64,000 nucleotides of DNA from the NCBI GenBank assembly GCA_020432165.1, contig JAGQGU010000013.1, positions 10,613-74,612 on the forward strand. Reading direction: 5' to 3'. Numbering within the stretch: the first letter of the stretch is position 1; every line of letters starts with the position of its first letter. Under the pieces are notes generated by a model. That model did not search any database. It was not told the origin of the DNA and worked only from the letters and a program-made list of their open reading frames with translations. A program made the translations under genes and the position numbers. Below are positions 9,105-18,258 of this stretch, piece by piece. The DNA is from Thermomicrobiales bacterium. GTDB taxonomy: Bacteria; Chloroflexota; Chloroflexia; Thermomicrobiales; UBA6265.

Positions 9105-10781
9105 ATGAATAGCACAACATCGCCTAATCTGAATTGGGAGATCACAACACCGCAACGGGCCGAGATCGACGCGCTCTTCGCGAATTTCACCAATGCCACA
9201 CCCGGTGCAGCGATGGCGATCTACCGTGAGGGCGAAGTCGTTTACGCAAACGGGTACGGACGAGCACACCTGGAATATCCTCTTCCGATCATCCCAGATT
9301 CCATCTTCGATATCGCGTCGATCTCCAAGCAGTTCACCGCGATGTGCGTGGCGCTGCTTCAACAGGATGGTCTGCTTGATGTCGATGATCCGGTGCAGAA
9401 GTATTTTCCCGAACTCCCCGAATGGGAGCATCCAGTAACGGTTCGGCATCTCATCCATCACGTAAGCGGTATTCGCGACTATCTGGGTGTTCTGCCCCTT
9501 GCCGGGTGGCGCGATGAGGACCAGATGACGAACGCAGACTGCCTCAAATACATCGCGCTGCAGAAGCAGCTTGAGTTTGAGCCGAATACACGCGAGGAAT
9601 ATAGCAACTCCGGTTATGTGTTACTGGCGAGCCTGGTGGAACGCGTCGCGACTGTACCGATGAGGCAACTTGCCCATGAGCGCATCTTCGCACCGCTCGG
9701 TATGACCAACTCACACTTCAACGATGAGCACGCGACAGTCATCCCCAACCGTGCACAGGCATATCGCCTGATGCCTGATGGTAGCTATCGCATCGATATC
9801 ATGCCGCTGGACGATCTTGTCGGCGATGGTGGTCTCTTTACTTCTGTCATCGATTTCGGCAAATGGATCGCCAACTTCACCACCTGTCAGGTAGGAGGCC
9901 AGGATCTGCTGGAGATGACCCAAACACCCGGCACTCTCAAGGACGGCACGCCGATGGAGTACGCCTGGGGTCTGGGTATTGACGAGTTCCACGGATTCCA
10001 TCGCGTGGGTCACAGCGGCGGCTGGGCAGGATATGGCAGCAACTATTTCCGCTTGCCCGAGCTGGGATTCGGCGTGGCCATCTTTGCCAACTTCCACAAT
10101 GTGGGACCGAGTGATCTCACAGACCGCATTGCAGAAATCGTACTGGCCGATATCTTCTCGACTCAGAAGACAGGTAGTACGCCCGACGATGACGCTGTTT
10201 CCGAGATTAATCTCCGGGATGTTCTGGTTGTAGAACCATCGTCCCTGGCTGGCGTGTATGTGCAGGACAACGGAGAATCGCATCTCTGTGTCGATGATGA
10301 CAATGGCCAGCCCTTCCTCTCGGTTTACAGTCAAAAACTCACACTCAATCAACAGGATGATGGGAGTTTCACGCAGAAGTGGAGACACTTCGTGATTCTC
10401 CCGATTGATATTGATGACGACGGCCAGGTATCCACCCTACGTGTCCAGATGCTCGTGGGAGAGGACCGCACGGAGCAGATCTTCAACCGGGTAACACCAT
10501 GGGGCTCAGTCGCCAGCGACATTGCCGGCAACTACTACAGTGACGAGCTTGATGCAGTGTGGGAGGTCGCCCTGGATGACACAGGTGCCTTGATGGTCGT
10601 TCGACCGAAACACGATGCGGACCTCTATGCTCCAGTAGCTGCGGACTACTTTGGAACAGGTGGTCTCGCGATGGGTGTGGGTATCCGCTTCCATCGCGAC
10701 GATGCTGGCGATGTGACGGGCTTGACCTATGGTGGGAGACGCTTTGGCACGTTCACCCTCACCAAAGTTGTCCAGGGATAG
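9105..10781 (+). CDS. Serine hydrolase of the beta-lactamase (class C / PBP4*-like) family with a C-terminal extra domain
   Basis: 558 aa with an SxxK motif in DIASISKQFTAMCVALLQQDGLL and YSNSGYVLLA. GGAGA lies before the ATG. It is a paralogue of 13736..15394. Confidence 0.8.
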   Translation: MNSTTSPNLNWEITTPQRAEIDALFANFTNATPGAAMAIYREGEVVYANGYGRAHLEYPLPIIPDSIFDIASISKQFTAMCVALLQQDGLLDVDDPVQKYFPELPEWEHPVTVRHLIHHVSGIRDYLGVLPLAGWRDEDQMTNADCLKYIALQKQLEFEPNTREEYSNSGYVLLASLVERVATVPMRQLAHERIFAPLGMTNSHFNDEHATVIPNRAQAYRLMPDGSYRIDIMPLDDLVGDGGLFTSVIDFGKWIANFTTCQVGGQDLLEMTQTPGTLKDGTPMEYAWGLGIDEFHGFHRVGHSGGWAGYGSNYFRLPELGFGVAIFANFHNVGPSDLTDRIAEIVLADIFSTQKTGSTPDDDAVSEINLRDVLVVEPSSLAGVYVQDNGESHLCVDDDNGQPFLSVYSQKLTLNQQDDGSFTQKWRHFVILPIDIDDDGQVSTLRVQMLVGEDRTEQIFNRVTPWGSVASDIAGNYYSDELDAVWEVALDDTGALMVVRPKHDADLYAPVAADYFGTGGLAMGVGIRFHRDDAGDVTGLTYGGRRFGTFTLTKVVQG

Positions 10782-10819
10782 CTACCCTCTCCCTGAAACT
10801 GGTATCTATCCGCAACAAC

Positions 10820-10855
10820 AATCAGGGCCTGCGGCAGTTGTCTCAGGCCCTGATT
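10820..10855 (+). terminator. Hairpin after serine hydrolase 1
   Basis: AATCAGGGCCTG-cggcagttgtct-CAGGCCCTGATT, a 12-bp perfect stem. Confidence 0.5.
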
Positions 10856-11037
10856 GATCTGGACATTCCCAGGCAGACATCCCACTGAATCCCCAATTCT
10901 TAATTCCGACCATATTTGACGGATATGCATGTAATTGCATACTATGGCTCGTGTGATCGAGTCGACGAGATCGTCATTGGAGCAGAGTTGAGAGATGCTG
11001 GCCACATCGACCGCTGCCCCTACAGAGTTAGGGAAAC

Positions 11038-12480
11038 ATGAAATCGCCACGACGGACTGAGCAGAAAATCTCCCCCTCCGATCTCCTCTCCCGAGAGGAA
11101 GCGCAGGAGATTGTGGACGCGATTGTGCGAGCCCGAAAGCGGGCGGGACTGACTCAGGCGGACATCGCGCAGGCAATGGGTATTACCCAGAGTAGCGTCG
11201 CCCGGCTGGAAAGTTCAGCCACACTCCCCCGCCTGAGCACGCTGCAACGTTTCGCCCGGGCGACATCTTCCCGTATCCATCTATCGATCGATCCCGTGAG
11301 TAATCACGATATCAGAACTGCGAGCCATACCATGACCGATATGCTTACACGACCTGGCCACTCAACTGATCGCCGCCGTTTTCTTGGCGGTGCAGTGGGT
11401 TTGGCCGGAATGCTGGGACTCAGCAAAGTGAAGCATGTCACTGCGCAGGAGGCGACGGCAGCAGCTGAAAGTGCGGACGATTACGTGTGGCAACAGCCAG
11501 ATTGGCACAATATACCCAAACTCTTCGAGGTTCTGGAGCATCACGGTGAATCTGCTCTAGTCCGCACCGGCGATGGGGAGTTCGAAATTCCCACTAATCC
11601 GCAGAGATTGGTCTGTCTCAACTCTGAGTACACAACTCTCATTCCACTTGGCCTAACCAGTGGTTACTTCGGGGTTGATGTGCATTGGGGAACCGGGGAA
11701 CCATCGGCAAGTGGTGAATTTTCAGATGACATCCAATCGATACTCGCAGACGTCCATCGTATATCTACTCCATGGGAGTTGAACGTGGAAGAGGTTATAG
11801 CACTTGAACCTGATCTTGTGCTCGGGCGAACCGGATGGCAAACCGATCAGAACTACGACGCCATCTCCCCTATCGCACCGATGGTTCGGTTCGGCCCAAG
11901 CGCCTACTACTACCCCCGCCAGGGTCTCAAGGACTATGGCGAACTGTTCACCCTATCTGATCGCGCAGACAAGTTGATCGCGGGCTTTGACGCGCTCATA
12001 GATCGCGCGAGAAAGGCTCTGGAACCGTTCGTCCAGAACGTAAAAGTTGCGGTCATGGAGTTTGATGGTGGCACAGAACTCTATGCCTTTGTCAGCTACT
12101 TCGTATCCTTTGGCGGACTCTTCGGAGAGGATGGCAGGGTTCTGCCAACAGGTGACACTCAAACATTCTTCAAAGAACTCTGTCTAACACCATCAAGCTT
12201 CATCGAGAAGCTTGGTGATGATATAGGGAGAGATCAGGCCTTCTATGTGAACTTCTCAATGGAGCAGATCGGTCTCGTTGACGCCGACTATATCTTCGTA
12301 ATCGGCAAAGCGGACATCACGGACGCTTTTATCAACGAGTCAATAGTTAAGTCCACGGTTGCTGGCAAAGCAGGTCAAGTGATTCCGCTTGATGTAGCTT
12401 CCTTTGGATTCGGATTGGGAGCACAGCGAGCCGAAGTTCGTGCGATCGTCGAGGCTATCACCGGTGAGCCATTCGCATAG
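11038..12480 (+). CDS. Second XRE-HTH / Tat-signal / siderophore substrate-binding fusion (paralogue of 2396..3853)
   Basis: HTH GLTQADIAQAMGITQSSVARLESS. Then comes MTDMLTRPGHSTDRRRFLGGAVGLAGMLGLSKVKHVTAQEA (internal ATGs at 11332 and 11341). SBP motifs are PQRLVCLNSEY and LEPDLVLG, with a C-terminal FGFGLG...ITGEPFA shared with the first copy. Confidence 0.7.
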   Translation: MKSPRRTEQKISPSDLLSREEAQEIVDAIVRARKRAGLTQADIAQAMGITQSSVARLESSATLPRLSTLQRFARATSSRIHLSIDPVSNHDIRTASHTMTDMLTRPGHSTDRRRFLGGAVGLAGMLGLSKVKHVTAQEATAAAESADDYVWQQPDWHNIPKLFEVLEHHGESALVRTGDGEFEIPTNPQRLVCLNSEYTTLIPLGLTSGYFGVDVHWGTGEPSASGEFSDDIQSILADVHRISTPWELNVEEVIALEPDLVLGRTGWQTDQNYDAISPIAPMVRFGPSAYYYPRQGLKDYGELFTLSDRADKLIAGFDALIDRARKALEPFVQNVKVAVMEFDGGTELYAFVSYFVSFGGLFGEDGRVLPTGDTQTFFKELCLTPSSFIEKLGDDIGRDQAFYVNFSMEQIGLVDADYIFVIGKADITDAFINESIVKSTVAGKAGQVIPLDVASFGFGLGAQRAEVRAIVEAITGEPFA

Positions 12481-12609
12481 TTCTGCACTGGCGAGGTGGT
12501 CGATCGGACAGCACCGCTATCGACCACCTTGCGGAAAGTCCGATATAATCAATCGGAAATAGTGGAGACGCGCGCGTCTCTGTGTATCCCGCCGTACATT
12601 GGAGAGGCA

Positions 12610-13644
12610 ATGGTCACAACCACCGATTCCGCGCCGAAAGTGCAGTTCTGTTCGGTCATTTCAACCGAGAGCGGCGAGAGTCCGTTTGCTTCGGCCTGGC
12701 ATGCCAAGCGCTTCATTCTGGCGGAGATTCCGCTGCCATGGAAGTACAGCGTGCTGGAGAGCCCAAATGTACCGGACGGTCTGCACGATCTGGTGAAGGG
12801 ATTGTGGGCTCAGGAGATCTGGCCAGCGATGATCGGCTTCGCGCCGGATGACGAGTGGTCAGTACCTGGCCACACGCGCATCATCGAGTTCCGTATTCCC
12901 GAAGCGCCATTCAACAGCTTTGAACAACGCGAGTACCTGCTCCCCACCGACAAGGTCTCCGATCTGATGGAGTCTTTTCTCCGCGACGAGCATGGCGAAT
13001 CGCTTGAGGAGTATCGCCAGCCTCATGTTCCTGACCGCCGCGACTACATGGTCTGCACACATGGCGCGATCGATGCTTGCTGCGCCAAATTTGGCTATCC
13101 CATCTACAAAATGATGCGGATGATGGCGGAGAATCCTGATAACAATATGCGTGTCTGGCGCTGCACGCACTTCGGCGGACATCGCTTCGCTCCGACCATG
13201 GCCGAGATGCCCTCCGGTCGCTATTGGGGGCATCTGGAGGCGCGCGATCTGGGTCCGATTGTGCGTCGGCAGTTACCGCGTGACTTGATTCGCGACCGCT
13301 ATCGAGGTTCGGCGCTTATCCCCAACGGCTCCGCTCAGTGGGCCGAATGCGAACTCTTCGCCCGCGCTGGTTGGGATTGGACGGACACGCTCATCACACC
13401 CGGCGAAGCACCACCGCACGACTGGGAAAATCCGGTCGAGGAACCGCAAACGATGTCGTTTGCTTTCCGACATGAGGGCCGCGGGATTGAGGGGAAAGTC
13501 GATGTGGTGGTGACGCCGAGCGGCTTTATTCCCACTACGCATTCCTCCGGCGCGGAAGTTAAATACCACGACGAACAGCAGTTCGAGTGCACGATATCAG
13601 GGATCAATTACGACGACTTCTTCGACGAACCCACTCTTCCATAG
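12610..13644 (+). CDS. Sucrase/ferredoxin-like (thioredoxin-like [2Fe-2S]) family protein
   Basis: Motifs VCTHGAIDACCAKFG and CTHFGGHRFAPTM match the Suc_Fer-like Cys/His ligand pattern. ATG 12610 is preceded by GGAGAGG. The ORF-track start at 12496 is a GTG further upstream. Confidence 0.65.
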   Translation: MVTTTDSAPKVQFCSVISTESGESPFASAWHAKRFILAEIPLPWKYSVLESPNVPDGLHDLVKGLWAQEIWPAMIGFAPDDEWSVPGHTRIIEFRIPEAPFNSFEQREYLLPTDKVSDLMESFLRDEHGESLEEYRQPHVPDRRDYMVCTHGAIDACCAKFGYPIYKMMRMMAENPDNNMRVWRCTHFGGHRFAPTMAEMPSGRYWGHLEARDLGPIVRRQLPRDLIRDRYRGSALIPNGSAQWAECELFARAGWDWTDTLITPGEAPPHDWENPVEEPQTMSFAFRHEGRGIEGKVDVVVTPSGFIPTTHSSGAEVKYHDEQQFECTISGINYDDFFDEPTLP

Positions 13645-13735
13645 AGTAACTGCGTCCTCCGGCACCATCATCGGAATTCCTCGGATACACTCACTGTGAC
13701 TTGGGAGCCTCGATCATCGTGCAGACAGGACCATC

Positions 13736-15394
13736 ATGACCATCACACCACCGACTTCTCCACGCTGGACGGTCTCCGACAGCACCCGCGCGTCCATAGA
13801 TGCGGTCTTCGCAGGGTTCACCAACACCACACCTGGTGTGGCGATGGCCATATATCGCGGTGGCGAGATCGCGTATGCCAACGGCTACGGGATGTCCAAC
13901 CTCGAGCACAATGTGCCGATCACGCCGTCGTCGATCTTCCACGTCGCTTCTATCTCGAAGCAGTTCACGGCCATGTGCATCGCGCTGCTGCAAGATGATG
14001 GACTGCTGGATGTCGACGACCCCGTGCAGAAGTACATACCGGAACTGCCGACATACGAATATCCAATCACCATTCGCCATCTGATCCACCACGCCAGCGG
14101 TATCCGCGATCATTGGATGCTGCTGGACCTGTCGGGTTGGCGCGAGGATGATCTGGTCACCATGGCAGATTGCTATGACCTGGTTAGGCGACAACAGGAA
14201 CTGAACTTCACACCAAACGATAGATTCATGTATAGCAATGCTGGCTACATGCTGTTGGCCATGATCGTGGAAAAGGTCTCAGGCAAGTCGTTGCGGGAGT
14301 TCGCGCACGAGCGCATCTTTGCTCCACTGGGTATGACCAGAACACACTTCCACGATGATCACTCCGAGATTGTTCCGGGTCGAACCCAGGCGTATAAGCC
14401 GCGCACTGGTGGTGGCTACCGTGTCTCGATTCCGCAATTTGATGTGGTGGGCACAACCAGCCTGCAAACAACAGTCGAGGATTTCGCGAAGTGGAACGCC
14501 ATCTTCGAGTCACCAACCATCTGTTCAGCAGAGATGCTCGCACAAGCGCAAACACCCGGAACATTCAACAGTGGTGAACCCATGGCGTATGGCTGGGGTC
14601 TGTTTCTGGAGGAATGGTGCGGACAGAGACGTGTCTGGCATAGCGGCTCCAATCACGGTTATCGAGCGTACTACTTCCGGTTGCCCAATCTCGATTTCGG
14701 TATCACCGTGTTCGCCAATCTCTCCACTGTCGCGCCAGATCAACTTGCGGCCAGAGTCGCCCGGATAGTGCTGGGTGATCTCCTGCAAGAGGACTCTGAT
14801 GCGGAGATATCCACCACCGAGCATTCCGATATCGTTATGGTTGATCCCGCTGCGATGGTTGGCGTCTATCTGGCAGACAACCCAACTGACAACGAGCCAC
14901 CGCTGCACGTCCAGTTGGACGAGGAAGACAGTGAACTCATCATGCCATTCGGACGCGAGTCTGTGTCTCTACCGCTGGCCGACGATGGTCGCTTCCAGTT
15001 GTGGAGCGGATTCGGTTCGTGCTGGGCGATGGAGATTGATGACTCTGGAATCGTCCAGAAAATCTGCGTGCAGCTCCCGGCTACGAGGGAGACGTATTCC
15101 CGGTTGGACACCAGTTCTGCCAGGCGGAACATCACCAGCTTCGCCGGAACATACTATGCGCCCGAGCTGGATATCTCGATTCAGTTGGTTGAGGATGCGA
15201 CTTCAGGCAGACTCTCCTGGCGACAGCGCAAACAGGAAGATCGCTCAGTAGTTCTGCTGGATACCAACACGCTTGGTATGGGCAGTCTGGATGCAAGCAT
15301 ACGTTTGGAGTTCAGTTTCGACGAGAACGATATGCCCACCGAATTTAGGTTCTCGGCTGATCGAGTGAAGAATCTGCTGTTCGTGAGGCAGTAA
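13736..15394 (+). CDS. Serine hydrolase of the beta-lactamase family (paralogue of 9105..10781)
   Basis: 552 aa with HVASISKQFTAMCIALLQDDGLL and YSNAGYMLLA. It is collinear with the first copy over its whole length. Confidence 0.8.
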   Translation: MTITPPTSPRWTVSDSTRASIDAVFAGFTNTTPGVAMAIYRGGEIAYANGYGMSNLEHNVPITPSSIFHVASISKQFTAMCIALLQDDGLLDVDDPVQKYIPELPTYEYPITIRHLIHHASGIRDHWMLLDLSGWREDDLVTMADCYDLVRRQQELNFTPNDRFMYSNAGYMLLAMIVEKVSGKSLREFAHERIFAPLGMTRTHFHDDHSEIVPGRTQAYKPRTGGGYRVSIPQFDVVGTTSLQTTVEDFAKWNAIFESPTICSAEMLAQAQTPGTFNSGEPMAYGWGLFLEEWCGQRRVWHSGSNHGYRAYYFRLPNLDFGITVFANLSTVAPDQLAARVARIVLGDLLQEDSDAEISTTEHSDIVMVDPAAMVGVYLADNPTDNEPPLHVQLDEEDSELIMPFGRESVSLPLADDGRFQLWSGFGSCWAMEIDDSGIVQKICVQLPATRETYSRLDTSSARRNITSFAGTYYAPELDISIQLVEDATSGRLSWRQRKQEDRSVVLLDTNTLGMGSLDASIRLEFSFDENDMPTEFRFSADRVKNLLFVRQ

Positions 15395-15404
15395 TCCATG
15401 TGTA

Positions 15405-15436
15405 AAAAGACCGGTGACTTTACATTCACCGGTCTT
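15405..15436. terminator. Bidirectional hairpin between convergent genes
   Basis: AAGACCGGTGA-ctttacat-TCACCGGTCTT, flanked by A- and T-rich runs. Confidence 0.5.
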
Positions 15437-15482
15437 CTTGATGCCATTCAGACTCAATCGGACACAGGATCCGACAATATCG

Positions 15483-16562
15483 TTACAGAGCAGCGATGAT
15501 CGCGTCGGCCATTTCGCTGGTGCCTGCGGCCTTGCTCTGGTCGCGATCGGCACGGAGGTCGTAGGTGACCTGCTCACCCTTGGCGATCACTTCGGCGACG
15601 GCGCCCTCTACGCGTTCCGCGGCATCCTGCTCGTTCAGGTGTCGCAGCATCAGCGCGCCGCTAAGCAGCATCGCCACCGGATTGGCGACGTTCTTACCCG
15701 CGTGGGTCGGTGCGGAGCCGTGGATCGGTTCGAACACGGCGGCGTTGGCCCCGATGTTGCCGCCCGGCGCCACTCCGAGTCCACCGACCATACCGGCGAC
15801 AAGATCGCTGACGATATCGCCATAGAGATTCGGCATCACCAGCACATCGTAGAGTTCCGGCTTTTGCATGAGTTGCATGCACATGTTATCGACAATGCGA
15901 TCGTCGAACTCGATATCCGGATAGTCCTTGGCCACTTCCTGCGCGATGTGAAGGAAGAGTCCATCAGTGAACTTCATGATGTTCGCCTTGTGCACAGCGG
16001 TGACCTTCTTGCGGCCATTGGCGCGGGCGTATTCAAACGCATATTTGACGATGCGGCGGCTACCCTCCGGTGTGATCATCTTGATCGTGATCGCGGCATC
16101 GAGCGGCACCTGCTTCTTGCCATTCGCGTTGATGGCAGCGAGAACAGCTGCAACCTCCGGTGTACCGGTATCGAACTCAACGCCCGCATAGGTGTCCTCG
16201 GTGTTCTCCCGCACGATGACGAGATCGATATCCTCGAACGTACTCTGCACACCCGTAATCGTCTTGCCCGGGCGCAAATTGGCATAGAGATCCAGCTCCT
16301 GCCGCAGCGCCACATTCACCGAGCGGAAGCCCGTGCCGATTGGCGTGGTGATGGGTCCCTTCAGGCCGATACCGTTGCGACGGATGCTATCGAGCGTCGC
16401 CTCCGGCAGAAGTTCACCGGTTGCCTCGAAGGCGTCCAGGCCAGCGGCGCAGACCTCCCAGTCGAAGCCGACACCGGTCGCATCGAGCACACGTCGGGTC
16501 GCTTCGGCCACCTCAGGGCCAATGCCATCGCCAGGCAGCAGGGAAATCTGGTAGTTCGCCAT
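15483..16562 (-). CDS. Isocitrate/homoisocitrate dehydrogenase (NAD-type member of the isocitrate/isopropylmalate dehydrogenase family)
   Basis: Motifs LLPGDGIGPEV, LYANLRP, IVRENTEDTYAG and PNLYGDIVSD. I prefer the start MANYQISLL at 16562, which has GGAG upstream. Confidence 0.8.
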   Translation of the reverse strand: MANYQISLLPGDGIGPEVAEATRRVLDATGVGFDWEVCAAGLDAFEATGELLPEATLDSIRRNGIGLKGPITTPIGTGFRSVNVALRQELDLYANLRPGKTITGVQSTFEDIDLVIVRENTEDTYAGVEFDTGTPEVAAVLAAINANGKKQVPLDAAITIKMITPEGSRRIVKYAFEYARANGRKKVTAVHKANIMKFTDGLFLHIAQEVAKDYPDIEFDDRIVDNMCMQLMQKPELYDVLVMPNLYGDIVSDLVAGMVGGLGVAPGGNIGANAAVFEPIHGSAPTHAGKNVANPVAMLLSGALMLRHLNEQDAAERVEGAVAEVIAKGEQVTYDLRADRDQSKAAGTSEMADAIIAAL

Positions 16563-16689
16563 CTCTTCACTCCAAACGCACACGCAATTCTGCGCGCAAA
16601 CTGGTACCGTTTGAGTGACATTTTCGCATGATTCGGGAGAAAGGTCACCTGATATCGTGCCGGGTTACACAGAGAAGGCGGATTCATCC

Positions 16690-18252
16690 ATGTCCGAGAC
16701 AAAAACCCCCGTGCTACTGGCGATCCTCGATGGTTGGGGTATTGGTAAGGAGAACGATCCTGGCAACGCTGTGGCGTTGGCAAATACACCGAACATGGAC
16801 GTGTTGATGACCGAGTATCCCCACGCGACATTGCTCACCAGTGGTGAGAATGTGGGGTTGCCGCACGGTCAGATGGGAAATAGCGAGGTTGGTCACCTGA
16901 ATATTGGTGCCGGATTCATCGTCTATCAATGGATCACGCGCATCGACAAAGCGATTGAGGACGGCAGCTTCCAGACGAATCCTGTGCTGCAGAGAGTCTT
17001 TCAGCGCGCGTTGGCGAACGATGCCCAACTTCATCTCCTGGGCCTCATCGGTGAAGGAGGCGTTCACGCCCACACCCGCCACCTGGTGGCCACAATTCAG
17101 GCCGCATTCGCGGCAGGTCTCCACAAGGTTCTTGTCCACGGATTTACAGATGGTCGCGATACCTCGCCCACATCGGCGATAGAGTTCGTCAAGCCGATTG
17201 AGGAGGCACTCTCCGCACAAGAAGGTGCGCGTATCGCCACGCTGATTGGTCGCTACTTCTCGATGGATCGCGATCATCGTTGGGAACGCGAGGCCAAGGC
17301 CTTCAACCTGATCGTCCATGCCGAGGGTACTCCTGCAGCATCGGCGGATGCCGCCATCCATGCAAGCTACGATGCCGGTGTGACCGATGAGTTTATGGAA
17401 CCGGCAGTAATTCTGGATGCAGATGGCAATCGCCACACGATCGGTCCCAACGACGAGTTCCTCTTCTTCAACTTCCGCTCGGATCGTGGACGCGAACTTT
17501 CGGAAGCACTGACAAGCCCCACCTTCACCGGTTTCGATCGTGGCAACTGGGATATCCATCATCACCTGACGACGATGACGACTTACGAGGAGAGTCTGAC
17601 CGCCGATGTGATCTTTCCGCCGCAGGATGTGGAGTATCCGCTCGCGCGGGTGATCAGCGAGGCTGGCAAGACGCAGTTCCATTCCGCCGAGACGGAGAAG
17701 TATCCGCATGTGACCTTCTTCATTAATGGTGGGCGCGAGGAGCCTTTCCCGGGTGAGACACGCCGTCTGGTAGCCTCACCGAAAGTGGCAACCTATGATC
17801 TGCAGCCAGAGATGAGCGCACCAGATGTTTGCCAGGGGGTGGTCGATGCCATCCTCAGTCGCGAGTACGATGTGATCATCGTGAACTTCGCGAACGGTGA
17901 TATGGTGGGGCATACCGGTGTGATTCCGGCCGTTGTCAGCGCCGTCGAAACGGTAGATGGGTGCGTTGGCAGAATCACCGCCGCGCTGGCGGAGGTCGGT
18001 GGAGTTGGCATCTTCACCGCCGATCACGGCAATGCTGAAGAAGAGATCAATCCCGAAACCGGTGGTCCGATGACAGCTCACACCACCAATCCAGTGCCGC
18101 TGGTGCTCTTCGCACCCGAGGATTCACCATTGAGATACGCCCACTTACGCGCGGGTGGAATCCTGAGTGCGCTCGCACCGACGGTGCTCGATCTGGCCGG
18201 GATTCCGATTCCGGACTCGATGACGCAAGCAAGTTTGATTGTTCGTGACTAG
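16690..18252 (+). CDS. gpmI: 2,3-bisphosphoglycerate-independent phosphoglycerate mutase
   Basis: MSETKTPVLLAILDGWG...GNSEVGHLNIGAG...HGFTDGRDT...VNFANGDMVGHTG...TADHGNAE, the canonical iPGM motifs. Confidence 0.9.
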   Translation: MSETKTPVLLAILDGWGIGKENDPGNAVALANTPNMDVLMTEYPHATLLTSGENVGLPHGQMGNSEVGHLNIGAGFIVYQWITRIDKAIEDGSFQTNPVLQRVFQRALANDAQLHLLGLIGEGGVHAHTRHLVATIQAAFAAGLHKVLVHGFTDGRDTSPTSAIEFVKPIEEALSAQEGARIATLIGRYFSMDRDHRWEREAKAFNLIVHAEGTPAASADAAIHASYDAGVTDEFMEPAVILDADGNRHTIGPNDEFLFFNFRSDRGRELSEALTSPTFTGFDRGNWDIHHHLTTMTTYEESLTADVIFPPQDVEYPLARVISEAGKTQFHSAETEKYPHVTFFINGGREEPFPGETRRLVASPKVATYDLQPEMSAPDVCQGVVDAILSREYDVIIVNFANGDMVGHTGVIPAVVSAVETVDGCVGRITAALAEVGGVGIFTADHGNAEEEINPETGGPMTAHTTNPVPLVLFAPEDSPLRYAHLRAGGILSALAPTVLDLAGIPIPDSMTQASLIVRD

Positions 18253-18258
18253 AGGTTC

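Noticed and set aside
8910-9461. A 183-aa minus-strand ORF spanning the irtB/hydrolase intergenic region.
   Set aside because: It overlaps the well-supported start of the serine hydrolase gene, has no RBS or recognisable motif, and has a composition typical of an antisense frame.
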